From the NCBI GenBank assembly GCA_002189035.1, contig CM007990.1, positions 4,278,001 to 4,342,000 on the forward strand: a stretch of DNA of 64,000 nucleotides. The letters are read 5' to 3'. Below, piece after piece: positions 49,668-62,963 of the stretch; position 1 is the stretch's first letter, and each line of letters starts with the position of its first letter. The notes under the pieces are model-generated. The model ran no database searches, was not told where the DNA came from, and was given only the letters and a program-made list of their open reading frames with translations. A program made the position numbers and the translations under genes. Origin of the DNA: Utricularia gibba. Its lineage: Eukaryota > Plantae > Magnoliophyta.

Positions 49668-52301
49668 TCACTGTTGTGGCGGCGTTCGTGGCCGCGAATC
49701 AAGCGCCTCCGTTTGTTGGGAGTGAGTTTGAGAAGGGTTGCTCTGAGATTCGACCGCCGTATCCCCATGCTCCTCAGTTCCGACATGCTGTTGTACCACG
49801 AGAACAGAACACGCCGCCGGGAAATCAGGTGCTGCTAACAGATCGCCGATGGCCCCCAATTCAGGGCACTCGCACCAGTCTGTTATCCCCGCTAACAATG
49901 GAGACTCCGTGCTCTTCCCTCTACCCACAATGAACAGATCGTGAACTGATCCCATTGCCCTGATCGCAGCGACAGTGTCTTCACCGTGGCTCACAATTTT
50001 TTCCCAGTACTCAATCGAAGAATCAGTCTTCGTTCTTTCTTGGAGCATGTTTATGCAATGCTCATCTTTTCGCTTTTCCTTCTCCGAACCTGGTGAAGTT
50101 CGAATTTCCTCTGCAGCTAGAAAACGGGTCACCGTCAAACTGACGCTAGGGTTCTCCGACATCCTCAATCCATATGCTAACGCTTCTCTGTCATCTCCCC
50201 CGCCGAAGAACAGAACCGCCACGTGGTTACCCACTCTGGTTCTATCCAACTTCGTTGATCTGGAGAGGCCGCGATCAACGAAAATACCCACCGAGCACGG
50301 AGCTCCGGCTAACACGTTTTCATTGATGGCTCTGTAAGCCGGATGCGCAGCTTCCATGCCCCCATCAACCGTCTGTTGTTTGTGAAACGGGACGATGATG
50401 AGAGCAGCATGCTTATCCTCAGCCACATTGCAGATATCTTCGTGCATAGTGGAGTAAGGCGACACAGCAGTGAGCGTTTGGATGGAGATACACGGCGTCT
50501 TGTTTTCAAAATTCCTAAACATCGATATGATGTGATCGGACTGCGACTGCGTCCGGTTGATTCCGCCTGTGTGGACGATGAGGACGGCGGAGTCACGGCC
50601 GGTGAGCTCGGCAAGGTGGAGGACGAAGGCGGAGATAGGGGACTTCTTTGTGGGGTTAGAAAGCCCCAAGAGAGTGATAAATGAAGCTGCACTTCTCAGA
50701 TGATGGATGCAGACGAGGATTCTCAGATCGGCCTCCTGACTCGATCCCCATAACGTGCGTTGCTTGTAGTTGTAAGAAGATTGCTTTCTTGTGAAGTTGT
50801 AGATGGCGATGATGGACGGCGACACAGTGGAGGTCATCACCAATGCTGCTAACACCATCACTGCAAAAGCTTTGTCATCTAGAACCTGAGTTACAGCCAT
50901 GGAAGCTGTAAGCAAATCTAAACCAGCAAACCAGATCAAGGTTTAGGGAGGAAGATTGATACCTTCTGATCCTTGCCAAGATTGAGGACAATCATCTCCA
51001 CTAGGCCCTTGCTGTTCATCAGCAGTCCAAGTGCAAGGCCTTCAATCAGCGGCATTCTGTAGTAAGTGGAAACCAGCATTGTTCCTGCTACTTTTCCCAG
51101 AAAGGAGAAAATGGTGACCAGAGCCAGAGCTATCCATGTTTCTGCATCTCCTATTGATGACATATTGGTTTTGAGGCCACTTATAGCGAAAAACAGTGGC
51201 AACAGGAGACCTGAAACGAAGTCTTCAAGCTTCTCCACAAGGGTGACTCCCAAGGAGCCATGAGGGATCACCAGACCGAACACGAAGGCACCAAACACTG
51301 AGTGGGTTCCTATTGCATCTGTCACGAACCCTGATATCATCACCCCTGTTAAGATAACGCACAGAGAGAACTCGTTTATGGATTCCCCTTCAGGGACTTT
51401 ATCCATCATCCAGCAGATCAATGGCTTGATCACAAAGACGCAGAAGGCAACGAATGCTGCGCTGGAGAGAATGGTTCCGAAGGAAGCTAGTGATATGATC
51501 TCGTTTTCAGCTAAGGCAATGGCGAATGCCAGAAGAATCCATGCACACATGTCGTTTACCAGCGCAGCTGACATCGCGATCCTCCCGATTTCGGTGTTCA
51601 GAAGCTTGAGCTCGGCGAGGATTCGAGCCAGGACTGGGAAGGCTGTTACAGAGAGGGAAACTCCAAGAAACAAGATGGATGTACTTAGAGGAACGGTATC
51701 GGAGTCGGATCGGATGAAGATGGCGAATGAAGTTGCAATGAGACATGGCAAGATCATGCCGGAGATGGCAATGGCGAAAGCCTTTTTCCCAGTTCTTCTC
51801 ACAACTCCCATGTCCATTTCCACTCCCACTAGGAACAGGAAATAGACAAGACCCAAATTGGCCATTGTTTCCAGAATCATCACACTTCTGAGTGGGAATA
51901 CTGCGTCTGCAAATCTCTGGCTTCTCCCCAGCACAGAGGGACCCAGAACTATGCCACCCTATCATTCACAACAACAAGAACATGTCAATCAGAGCTCTAC
52001 ACAAGCTTCTAACCAGTAACACGAGTACCCTAAAGAAAAACGAAAACTTGGAACATGAATGAATGCAGAAGCACTTTACCAGGATCTCGGAAATGACACG
52101 AGGTTGCCGAAGGGGTTTGAGGGCGAAGACCAATATACGGGTGATGACGATGATGAGAACGAGTTGCACAATGAACAGTGGCAATGAATACTCCAAAGGA
52201 TTGTTGCCCCCCCAGATACCGTTGGTGGTTATCATCGTCGGAGCATAACAGACAACCGTCGGCTGCGAAGCGTTCGTCAGATCACCATTTGGCCCTGCCA
52301 T
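49668..52301 (-). CDS. CHX15: Cation/H+ antiporter (CPA2, CHX15-like), 3 exons
   Basis: CYAPTMITTNGIW, LRQPRVISEIL|GGIVLGPSVLG, TAFPVLARILAELKLL, GTHSVFGAFVFG, MNSKGLVEMIVLN and FFGGGDDREALAY. The exact subclade call is from recall. Confidence 0.88.
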
Positions 52302-52934
52302 CCTCCTCCTCCGTTTTCCGATCACAACCTAATCAAATGTAGCAGAAGCTCTACATCAGGAAGAATCTTGATGCCTTCCCCGTTTCTGTGTCTCGCATCC
52401 GGCGCACGACATTCAAAAAAACAGGTAGTTATGGGCGGTCGGGAGGTGGACAAGGCATTTGTAATGGAACCTGATGAGGACACGTGGATATAGATGATTG
52501 GTACTCGTGTTATTTATAGTTGTCCTTTATTACACAAAATAATATCTGACCATAATTGTCCCAACATATTGCTTTTTTTTTTAAAAAAAATAAAACTCCT
52601 ATTTAAACATAAGATCCGATATAATTGAGTGAACTAAGATCATAGATTTCAAGGATGTGTAACATGGATTTCAATTGGATCCTAGTTCGAAATTGGGTCG
52701 GACCAATCCGACCCGAGTCGACCCAACTTTCATCCCTACAGCGGTTCCCAATGGCATTTCAAGCATTTGGTGTGTGTGTCCATATCCAGCACCGGCAGCA
52801 AAGAATTCTATCAGGGAAGCAGTACTCGCAAACAACAATGGTGGGTAACATTTACCCCAAAGATTTACAGATATCATTCAACATTCACGGACAAGGCACG
52901 AGGGAGAAAGAGGAGTGGTACCATAAATGAAGAA

Positions 52935-54069
52935 CTAGAGAGTATCCTTTGCAAGCTTCACTGGTTTGTCTTCCAGAAACGCAACATCAGTGGTGGGTGT
53001 TAGGAGCAGATGATGATCCATATCTTCCACTTCACTGTCTTCAGATGCGTCTGATGCATCGTCTGAACCGCTTCCATCTTCTGTTTCAGGAAAAGAAAAT
53101 GAAACTTGATTAAATACAGGAAACATCTGCAAGAAAGATGTCAAACAGCTTTTGTAGTTGGGGGCGACTGGTAACCAGCAATGCATAAGAGAAAAGCTGA
53201 GAGAGATCCCACAGGAGGCAAGCTTAATCAAAACTAGAAAGTGGTTTCCCTGTCAACAGAATCACGGAGACCCAGATGTGCAAAAGAAGGAAAATCACTT
53301 GCCTGAATAGACCTTGTTATTAGAAAGATGCTCGATTCTGGTGGACCGAAGACTTTCAGGCAGAAGACAGTTACAGAAAGATCCTGTGGTTGTAGGAGAA
53401 GACGATAAATGGTGAAAGTTCAAGGTGCATACAATGTTTACCAGGTATTGACAACTTTGGATAAAATGTAACTAAGAATCGAATTAATAAAACCACTAAG
53501 AAAACCTATTTATCTCACCTAGGCGCGCCAGCCGGTTCACCCATCCAGGAATTGGCTTCCCAGTCAGTCTTAAAGAAACCTCATCGGTGAAATGATTGCA
53601 GTTTTTGGAAATCAAATGATATGTATCTCCATGGAATTCGTTGGATATGTGCTCCATGAATGATCGAAATTCAGAAGAAGACATGCCAGTGCTTCCCAAA
53701 AGGATAGACTTCCTAAACATAAAACCAGGGCAGTTTCTTGGCTCAACCTCAAACACTCCACTCGATGGGTACTCATGAGCACCAAAGCCATATTCCATCC
53801 CATGAACTTTTCCCATAAAAAAGCAGAAAAAAAAAAATCAATGAGGTTATAAGGCAATCAATTGTTGAGCCACAGAAAGAGAAGCTGTCACACTTTAAAG
53901 AAGATCATTTGGCCATACCTTCAATGCCAGAATGATAGATTCCGAGACCAATCCAGTAAAGATAATTATTTATAGGAGTGAGGTCGTATACATTTAAGTA
54001 GAGCATCGCAGGATTTTTCTCTGCATCATTCTGATCAGAGGAGTAGCAGGGAGTGGGAAACAGTCGCAT
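52935..54069 (-). CDS. DeSI-like (PPPDE) desumoylating/deubiquitinating peptidase, 4 coding exons
   Basis: YLNVYDLTPINNYLYWIGLGIYHSGIE|VHGMEYGFGAH...YHLISKNCNHF...PGWVNRLARL|GSFCNCLLPE; the last intron uses a GC donor. Confidence 0.92.
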
Positions 54070-55067
54070 TGTATTTTGAACCTTTCCTCACCGACAGCTC
54101 AATACTTCAACATGCAAGACAACAGAAAACATATTTGTTATACGCAGAACATGGTAGTTTCATGCAATTCTAAAATGAAATCAAGTAATGGGTAATCAAG
54201 AAATATATTCACGAAAAGATATATTAAACTCACTGTAAAAAAAATGATCATGTCACGAATGTAATGACCATTGTTGAGCAGTCTCCTCCAACAGGGATTC
54301 CAAAAGATGATGGATCAAATGCAGTATGACGTTTATTTGGTCTCTGAGAGGAAGAGCATAACATCCAGTTGAATAAAGCAGCTTGCATGCACCAGCTTCC
54401 TACTGTCAAGCAAAAATAAACAGATTTCAGATGAAGATGGCATTTATAATGACAGCCTACACCTAAAAATTTAAGCTTGAGACTCTACACAGACTACAAC
54501 AATAGGACACTTATTAATCAGAACCACAAAAAAATATGAATTTGCTCCTTCCGTCACATAATATCCATGAACACAGAGCGCAAGTTAACTGCATGACAGT
54601 TCTCAAATCCCAACGCATAAGCAGGTGCCACGTAGAAGTTTAACCACGAAACACGGCAACCGATCGCCGTATCATGACAAAGCACCAACGCATCAATTCG
54701 TCCAATCAAATTAACAAGAAGGATTCATGGAATCTAGAATGTCTGCCCACGGTCTACAATAGAAAGAACAAAAATGCTTGACCACTTGGAAATTCGAAAA
54801 TTCGCCAAACAGAATATCCCCTAACCTGTGATTCGAGAAGCTCGCGCCGAATAAGATAGATCTGAAAGAAAATTGACCTTTTCTTTTGTCGACCGGCGTC
54901 GGCTGGTGGATACCGGAATCCGACCTCGCAGCGTCTTTCCTCTCAAGCCCTAAAAGTTCCTCATTTTGCAATGCCCCCCTCGTAGTTATTTTATTTTCAC
55001 ATTGGTCCCCCCAATTCCCCCGTCATTTTTTTTTGACACGTGATATAAACACGTTTTCATGTATGAT

Positions 55068-58000
55068 CTACAAAGCACGGATATGTGTGATTTATACTTT
55101 CTACCTATTGGATACGTACCTGATACACGGGTACACGGATACGTTTGGATACTTTGATATTATTAAAAAAAATTATAAAATATATTAAATGCTTTTATTA
55201 TTTCAAAAAGTCACTTTAATACAACTCCCACACAATTGTTGCGAAAACTAGAGAATCGGGTACGGTAAACATTCGATGAAAGGGCTTTACAAGCAGCATT
55301 AGCCTTCTTCACTCATGAGATATTGATGGATTAAGCTTTCACCCATTGCAATAGACTTCTAATTTTTGAATTAGTTACCCATTTTATTTAGAGTTTTGTA
55401 TTAGGGTTTTTAAGGAATGCATAGATTTATTTTTTCATCATATCTATTATTTTTTTCAGAAATCATGACTCAAGAGAATAGAGATTCAGATTTTATAAAT
55501 TTGGAAGAAATTGCAGTTGAATCTGGAAAAAATATTGATGAGGATGATGATGATAAATGACCTTTATGGGCATATGTTGAAGAGAAAAGAAGCAAGGGGA
55601 TAAAGGTGGAAATTCAACCTTGAGGTGTTATTTGTGCTTTAAGGTTTTCATATGATCATATTCTAGAGTAAAAGCACATTTGTTGAAGTTACCTTGCAAT
55701 GGGGTTTCTATTTGCAAAAAAATTACGGGACCTCAAATTGAAGAACTGCAAAAGATGGAGAAAGAAGCTGTAATAAAGAGGCAAACACCCAGAACTAATA
55801 CAGTGGAAATTGGTAATAGCTCGCCTGCAACTTAAGCCTCTTTTAATTTGCATTTATCACCATCTAGTTCTTTGGAAGTACATAAAAGAAAGACATCCAT
55901 GTAGTTGAAGATAGATGATGTTTTTAATACAATGATATTAAATGCAGAGCAATTGAATGTCATTATTGCTAGAATGTTTTACTCTGCCAACCTTTCATTT
56001 CATCTTGCAAGGAATTCATACTATGTTGAGGCTTTTTCTATGGCAGCATCAAGAACAATTCCAGGTAAATTATATCTTTTTTAAAATAATATTATTTCAT
56101 CTTATATATTTTTTATTATATTAATCTTTTGAATTGTAGGTTACAAGCCACCTAGATATAATAAGTTGAGGACTACTCTTTTAAAAAATGAAAGAGCACA
56201 TATTGAGAAAGCATTAGCCCTACTCAAAATACTTGGAACTCTTTAGAAGTAATTTTGACATGTGATGGATGGACCGATCCACAAAAAAGTCCTTTGATAA
56301 ATTTTATAGCTTTGAATGAGGGTGGAGCAATGTTCATTAAAGCTGTGAATTGTGAATCAAAATTCAAGAATAGTGAATATGTTGCTTCATTAATTAAAGA
56401 TACTATTAAACAAATTGGCCCATCAAGGGTAATACAAGTTGTTACGAATAATGCAAAGGTGTGTAGAACTGCTGGTCAAATTATTGAGAGAAAATATCCT
56501 AAGGTTTGGTTTATTTTATTAATTATAATTTGATTTGATGATTTGTTTTAATATTTTTTACTTTTGCTTTGTAAATTAGTTATATTGTTTTTCTTTTTCA
56601 GATCTTTGGGACTCCTTGTATTGTGCACACTTTAAATCTTGTTCTCAAAGATATTTGTGTACCAAAACAAAAGGATCCAATCAGGTATGATGCATGCAAA
56701 TGGATTTCTGATATCACAAGTAGAATGATGATGATTAAGCATTTTATTACTAATCATTGCATGAGGTTGTTCTTATTCAAGAAATATTCAAAGTTTAAGC
56801 TTTTGAATGTTGGTGAAACAAGGTTTGACTCGGTTGTAATTATGATTAGAAGATTTGTTTTACTTAAAAAAGAGCTGAAGGCTTTGGTGATCAGTGAGGA
56901 TTGGTGTGAGTATCAAAATGATAATGTTGCAAAAGCTAGAGAAGTGGGAGATGTTTTATTAAATTATTCTTTTTGGAATTCTGTTGAGTATATACTCTCT
57001 TTCACAAATCTTATTTATGAGATGTTGAGATTATGTGATACAAATGAAGCAAGTTTACATCTGGTTATTGGAATGTGGGATTCTATTTGTATGAAAGTTA
57101 AAGAAGCGATATACACTTATGAGCAAAAGCATTCAGATGAGGAAAGTTCTTTTTGACGTGTTGTGGAGTTGGTGCTATTAAAAAGAAGAGGTGATAGTTT
57201 GACACCATTGCATGTATTGGCTCACACTTTAAATCCAAAGTATGCTTTGGATATTCAAATTATATTTAATAGATATGTTTAAAGTTATTTAAAAATTAAT
57301 GATAACTTTGTTTGATATTATGATAATTTACTTTTTTTATAGAGTTACACAAAAGAATGTAAGAATGAACATACTTATTTTCCGGATGTTGCAAAAGATA
57401 AAGAATTAACACGTTCAAGACGATAATTTGTTGAGCGTTATTTCTCTATTCAAGAAAAACGATTGGATGCATATGGTGAGATTGCTAACTTTGTGGGTTG
57501 CTTATCTGATTTTGGTATCACTGATGCCATGGTTGGAAGGTTAAAGATGAAACCAATTGTGTGGTGGGTTACTTTTGGGATAGAAACACCTATCATTCAA
57601 ACCTTAGCAATGAAAATACTTGGTCATGTTTCATCTTCTTCAGTTTGTGAGAGAAATTGGAATACCTACAAGTTCATACATTCAACAAAAAGACACAAAT
57701 TAGCAGATGAAAGAGCTGAAGATCTTGTGTTTATTCACAGTAATTTACGTCTTCTATCAAGATTTTCAGATAAGTATCATGTTGGTGAGAACAAATTATG
57801 ATATATTATGGAAGATGTATTTGAAGCAGTTAATGTTAGCATTTTGGAGAATGTAACTATTTCATTGGATGAACCTGAATTTGAAATGGAGGAATTGGAA
57901 TTAATGTTCAATAAGATATGAGTAGACATTGAAGGAGTTGATATGAAAAAAAGTATTATAACTTTGTTATGTATTTGATCATTTGAAATTTAACTTTGAA

Positions 58001-58170
58001 TTTAGTATGTTTTAATTATTGATATTTTAGTAAGATTTTGTTTTTGTATTAATAAAAATATTAAATTTTAATTAAATGTATCTATTCTAATACGATATTT
58101 TTAAATTTGTCGTATCCGTATCTCCGTATCGATATCCCTACTAATACGCATCAGTACCCATGGTTTGTAG
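55068..58170 (+). mobile_element. Full-length-boundary hAT DNA transposon (3103 bp), transposase degenerate
   Basis: TIR CTACAAAGCACGGATA vs CTACAAACCATGGGTA (13/16). Perfect 8-bp TSD TGTATGAT (55060-55067, 58171-58178). Subterminal GATAC/GTATC repeats. Confidence 0.92.
55560..57801 (+). pseudogene. hAT transposase (BED finger remnant, DUF659, C-terminal dimerisation domain)
   Basis: LRCYLCFKVF*SYSRVKAHLL; TCDGWTDPQKSPLINF; HTLNLVLKDI; VGETRFDS; SSSVCERNWNTYKFIHSTKRHKLADERAEDLVFIHSNLRLL. In-frame stops at several places. Confidence 0.88.
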
Positions 58171-58328
58171 TGTATGATTGCCGGCGTCCGCTATCACCGG
58201 TTTCTTTCAAGAACTGATAACGATCGGAAAGCGTTATCGGTTTAAAGGGGGCAAACCCGGTTTCTTTTACTCTTGAGTTGCACTTTTCTTCAGTGTTGAT
58301 TGCAGGGGCGCTGTATCATTTGCTCATC

Positions 58329-59856
58329 ATGGTGGGCGTAGAATATCTGGCCACGAGAGGAGGAAGGCCGATTTCGATTTCCAGGCAATGGCGATTGTGT
58401 GGAAAGGCTTACGCCACGTCTTTGATGTTCCTGATCGCATTTCCGAACTCGTCGCTAACGATCCTGTAAATCATTTCACCCCCTGATATGCTTCAGATTT
58501 TGCTTGTGCTTTTCAGTAACCGAAGCTGGGAATGCTTTTTGACGAACTTGGTAGTTTAGTGTAGTATGGAGTGTTTTTCTTGGTTGGTAGTTTAGAGACT
58601 TTCTTTTACCTGAGCGCCAGCAGATCTACGTCCGGATTGTAATGTGCGTTGCCAGCAATAATTTTCCGGCATGTCTTCGAGTAAAATCTGAATGGAATTT
58701 GCTGTAAGTGGGAACGAGTAACATTTTTTAATCATCATTTTCTCTTTTATGGAGTCCTTTTTCTCTAAATTTTTTCAATGTTTGTCCATGTTTTCATGTA
58801 GGTACTCAAGAAAGATAACAGGGCTATGCTTTCTAGAAAGGAGCTGTTCAAGAATACTCTCAGGATCGCTGCTCATGCATGGAAACGGATTACTGAGCTT
58901 CGGTTGTCAGGCGAAACCTCCTCTGAGACTTTGAAGAGGTTTTAACTTTTTTTATTCACCAGTCTACTCTTTTATTTTTCATGTTTTTAGAGGAAGAGGC
59001 ATCCCAGTTGAGGTTCTTTATTGGTGAGCCAGCCTATACAGATTTTCTCTGGGTATTTTCGTTCATTTATCTCTTTGGGAGTATGCTGATCTTCCCTCAT
59101 GTACTATCTTGTGTTTAGGGAATGGTCATATCAGCCATGGGTTAAATGTACAAGGTCTGTTTGAAAATAAACAAATCAAATCTAGTAGAAACTGGCTCTC
59201 GAAAACATCATGCGAATGTGCTAAGCAATTGATATTTCACAAGGAAAGAGGCATTTTGCCTTCCCTGTTAGCTTAGTGCCTTGTCCAGGCTTCGCAGAGT
59301 TGTCACCTGATTTGGTTGAGACTGCAACTGCCATTGCCAGCTTATCATCGTATCCAAGTAAGACCTTTAGTACTCCTATTTCGTGCATTCAGCTGGTTTG
59401 GTATTGATTGTTTGGTCTGAATGATTTGATTCATGCTGCATTTGTGCTGTAGGTTTATCAAACTACTCCATCAAGACACTCCTGGTGAAGATGTGAACCA
59501 GCAATTAGAAGCACTCTGGCATTTACAGTCTCTCCCTTGTACAAAAACACCAAGGGCGAGTTCCTTGCAACTGGCATTTGCAGGCAGCGCTGGCAAACGA
59601 TCAGCCCAGATGGCTGTACACCAAGGGTTGTCTTCTCCCTCATCGATGCGTATCCCAGATTCGTCCCAATGCCATCTCCCTCATCGATGCCTTCAACTAC
59701 ACTGAGCATTTCCATGGGCACTATGACGGAAATGTTTATCCCAAGTTGTGCGAAGAAGCGTGGGAGTATCCATTGAACGAAACGGCCGTGCCCGACGGGT
59801 ATCGCGAGTACGTGAGGCCCCTGATCAAGCAGCAACTCCACTCTGCAATAATGTGA
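58329..59856 (+). pseudogene. ACX1: Peroxisomal acyl-CoA oxidase 1 pseudogene with large internal deletion
   Basis: The 5' exons match the ACX1 N-terminus (HERRKADFD..VWKG.RHVFDVPDRISELVANDP|VLKKDNRAMLSRKELFKNTLR..|EEEASQLRFFIGEPAYTDFLW|GM). The 3' exons match the C-terminus (GFAELSPDLVE..; QIRPNAISLIDAFNYT..YDGNVYPKL..VPDGYREYVRP). The middle is missing; multiple frameshifts; no normal PTS1. Confidence 0.85.
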
Positions 59857-60857
59857 TCATGTCGAAGGAAGGAAGTCTATTATAATATATTTAGTGATTT
59901 CCGGAAATGTTAAACGTTCAGCAAATCATTTTTATTTTTATGAAAATCACTTTTATTTTGAGTTATATGTTGTGAAAATTATTTTAAGGAAGCTTCGTTT
60001 CTTTATGAAAACTCAATAACGAAATTTATGTAATCATTTTCGTAAATCAATAAAAATGATCTTACTTGTTTCTGTAAATATTCACATGATATTTTCGAAA
60101 ATTAAGTTATTAAATTTTTATTATATTTGTATTTATTTATGTGAAATCTTAATATTAAAATAAATATTATAAATTATATTTTAAATCATTTTTGAAAATA
60201 ACATAGATTTATTCATTTCCGTTTCTGAAAAAAATGAAAAATAAGATTACTTATTTATGAAATATTTATATCATTTTCGAAAATACCACATCTATCATTT
60301 CCTCAACCAACTTTAGCTCTAACTTCATTTAACTGGTTTGTGTATTTCTGTGTATTTAACAAGTCGGGTATGTGCATTGCTTCTGATTCCAGTTGCTATT
60401 CTCGTTTCGCCTTCTCCGTTTGGATCCAACTTCCCTAACAGAAATTAAACGTTCATCAGAATTTGCAGCAGAGCAGCTTCATTCCTTAAAATTCATTCAA
60501 GAATACGGAGACATTGACCATAGAGCCACGGGTTTTGACGCCGCCGCCTGTGGATGAATCCGTTGGAGAAGACGGATCTGGTAAGGCGGGGCACTGGGTG
60601 TTGGTCGGAGGTGGCGGTTTCCAAGAACACCCCACCGCAGGTTAATGAATCTTCACCGTGGATCAAGATTCATATTTAACATCAATCAATACGCCCGCGT
60701 TTTCTTTTTGGAAATAATGAGGGTGACACTTGCCGCTCACGTTTCACGCACACAAAGGTGATAGTGCGTGTTGTCTCTTCCCGGATCCGCGCAATCACCG
60801 GCCCTTGAATTGGAGTTAATGTGATTAGTGAATTGATAGGGCGAGCCCGCTGCCGCC

Positions 60858-62881
60858 ATGAATCTCCTTGAAAGAGTTTCCTCACGGCACTTGCCACCTT
60901 TTCTCCAATCTGTGAACAGGGGATTCCAATCTCTGAATTTGCAAGGAGATAAAGTGGGAAGCATCAATTCCAGTGCTCTCATTCACGGAATCCATGTTCT
61001 CCATTGCCCGGTAATCCCTTCTACTTTTTCTATGCGTTGTTTTCAAATGGGCCATCTTCAAAGAATATGATTCGGATGAGTATGCGTGCGCTTTTGTTAA
61101 ATGTGGTAATATCCCATTAGGAATTAGTTAGGATCATCTTTAGCATTTGGGGGCGTCGTCTGCAGATAAGTCATCTTTAGCCTTTATGTACTGGCTCCTA
61201 TCCTCGGCACTACACAAAGGGTAGGGTGTGATGGTAGCCTGTCAGTGCAGTTAGATATTATGCTTACTAGGTGTACCTGAAGTCATTTAATGTCTAATGC
61301 TGGAGTGTTGAATCAGCTGCTGTGGGGGAGCTGTTGGAATCTTGAGCTTATGGTATTTCACTTCAACAGGATGTAGTTGGAATAGTCTCTAAAATATCAG
61401 AATGCATCGCTTCAAGGAGCGGGAGTATTTTTAATGCAGAAATATTTGTGCCTGAGAAAGCAAATATTTTCTACTCCAGAAGGTACACTGCTTGTTCTCC
61501 GATTCCATTGTATCTGTACTGAATTTGGCTTTTTCGATATTTCAAATGGTAGTGCATGGCGCTAGAACTGATATTTTCCCAATAAATAGATCAGGAACAA
61601 GACATCTTTTTTATTTTCTTGCTACTATTCGATGCTGTGTGGTCACTTGCACGAGTATTTTTGTAGTGAGTTTGTCTATGATCCTGCGAAGTGGCCAAGG
61701 GAACAAATGACTGAAGATTTCTTAAAGCTTGCTAAGAAGTTCAACTCATTTAGATCTGTTGTCCGTGTGCCCTGTCTTGATCCTAGATACAAGATTGCAG
61801 TTCTTGCATCTAAGCAGGTATGGATCGGGGCATGTGATAACCAGCTCATGCAACTAATAGAGATGCCTGTCTTTTTTACGGTAGCCTTTTTTTGCCAACG
61901 CTAGGATCATTGCCTTGTTGACTTGCTCCATGGATGGCAAGATGGAAGATTTCCTTTTGACATCAAAGCTGTGGTGAGGTAATAATAGAATTATTTTGAC
62001 GTCTTACAGTTTGTAACTGAGTTTACAATGTGATGCACTAAACTAATAGCACAAGTTACACCTTTAGCAATCATGAAAGAGGCGCCAACACCCATGTGAT
62101 CCGCTTTCTGGAAAGGCATGGAATTCCCTATCACTATTTAGACACAACTAACAAACATAAGCGAGAAGCGGAGATCTTGCACTTGGTTGAGGATACAGAC
62201 TTCCTTGTACTTGCTAGATACATGCAGGTAAACAGATTTGTCCCTTCTTACATCATTGCAGATTCTAGTTGAGGCCATAACATCAATGTCCTTCATTTGA
62301 ACTTTCACTTTCACCCTTCTGGTGCAAATTACCGTATTTGCATCCAGTTTCCTGAGTTTCCCCTTCTGTTCTTGACTCCATCAGCACAGTAATTACCTGT
62401 TAATTTGCTGCAGATTCTCTCAGGAAATTTCTTAAGCAGCTACGGGCGGGATATCATTAATATTCATCATGGGCTGCTGCCTTCCTTCAAGGGTGGGAAA
62501 CCATGTAAACAGGTTAAATTTGCATAGTTCTATTTCAAGAACTTGATAATGTACATATGACTTGCTGTCTAATTTCCCCAGGCCTTCGATGCTGGTGTGA
62601 AGCTGATTGGTGCAACAGCTCATTTTGTTACTGAACAACTTGATGAAGGTCCCATCATCGAGCAGATGGTAATCCTTCTACTCATTCTGATGTTCTCTTT
62701 TCCTAGCACTGCTGATTCGAACCACTTCTGTTAGGTTGAGAGAGTTTCCCACAGAGATACTCTAAGGTGTTTCATACAGAAGTCGGAGAACTTGGAGAAG
62801 CAATGCCTTGCCAAAGCAATAAAATCATACTGCGAGTTGCGAGTTTTGCCCTACGATGACAACAAAACAGTTGTCTTTTGA
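60858..62881 (+). CDS. PURU: Formyltetrahydrofolate deformylase, mitochondrial
   Basis: HGIHVLHCP|[14 protein letters not shown]...[10 protein letters not shown]|DHCLVDLL...SNHER...LVLARYMQ|ILSG...[14 protein letters not shown]...[29 protein letters not shown]...TVVF*; intact GT-AG structure. Confidence 0.94.
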
Positions 62882-62963
62882 TCAGCAAAACAGCATCAGG
62901 TATGCTATTACCTTCAAAAGTTGAGGTATCAAATCCTTCATTTTCAGAATACCAGAGTGTTGG

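Noticed and set aside
60540-60680. Cluster of short hairpins upstream of PurU (e.g. TGAATCTT..AAGATTCA) as a miRNA precursor
   Set aside because: Stems are only 6-8 bp and no conserved plant miRNA sequence is present.
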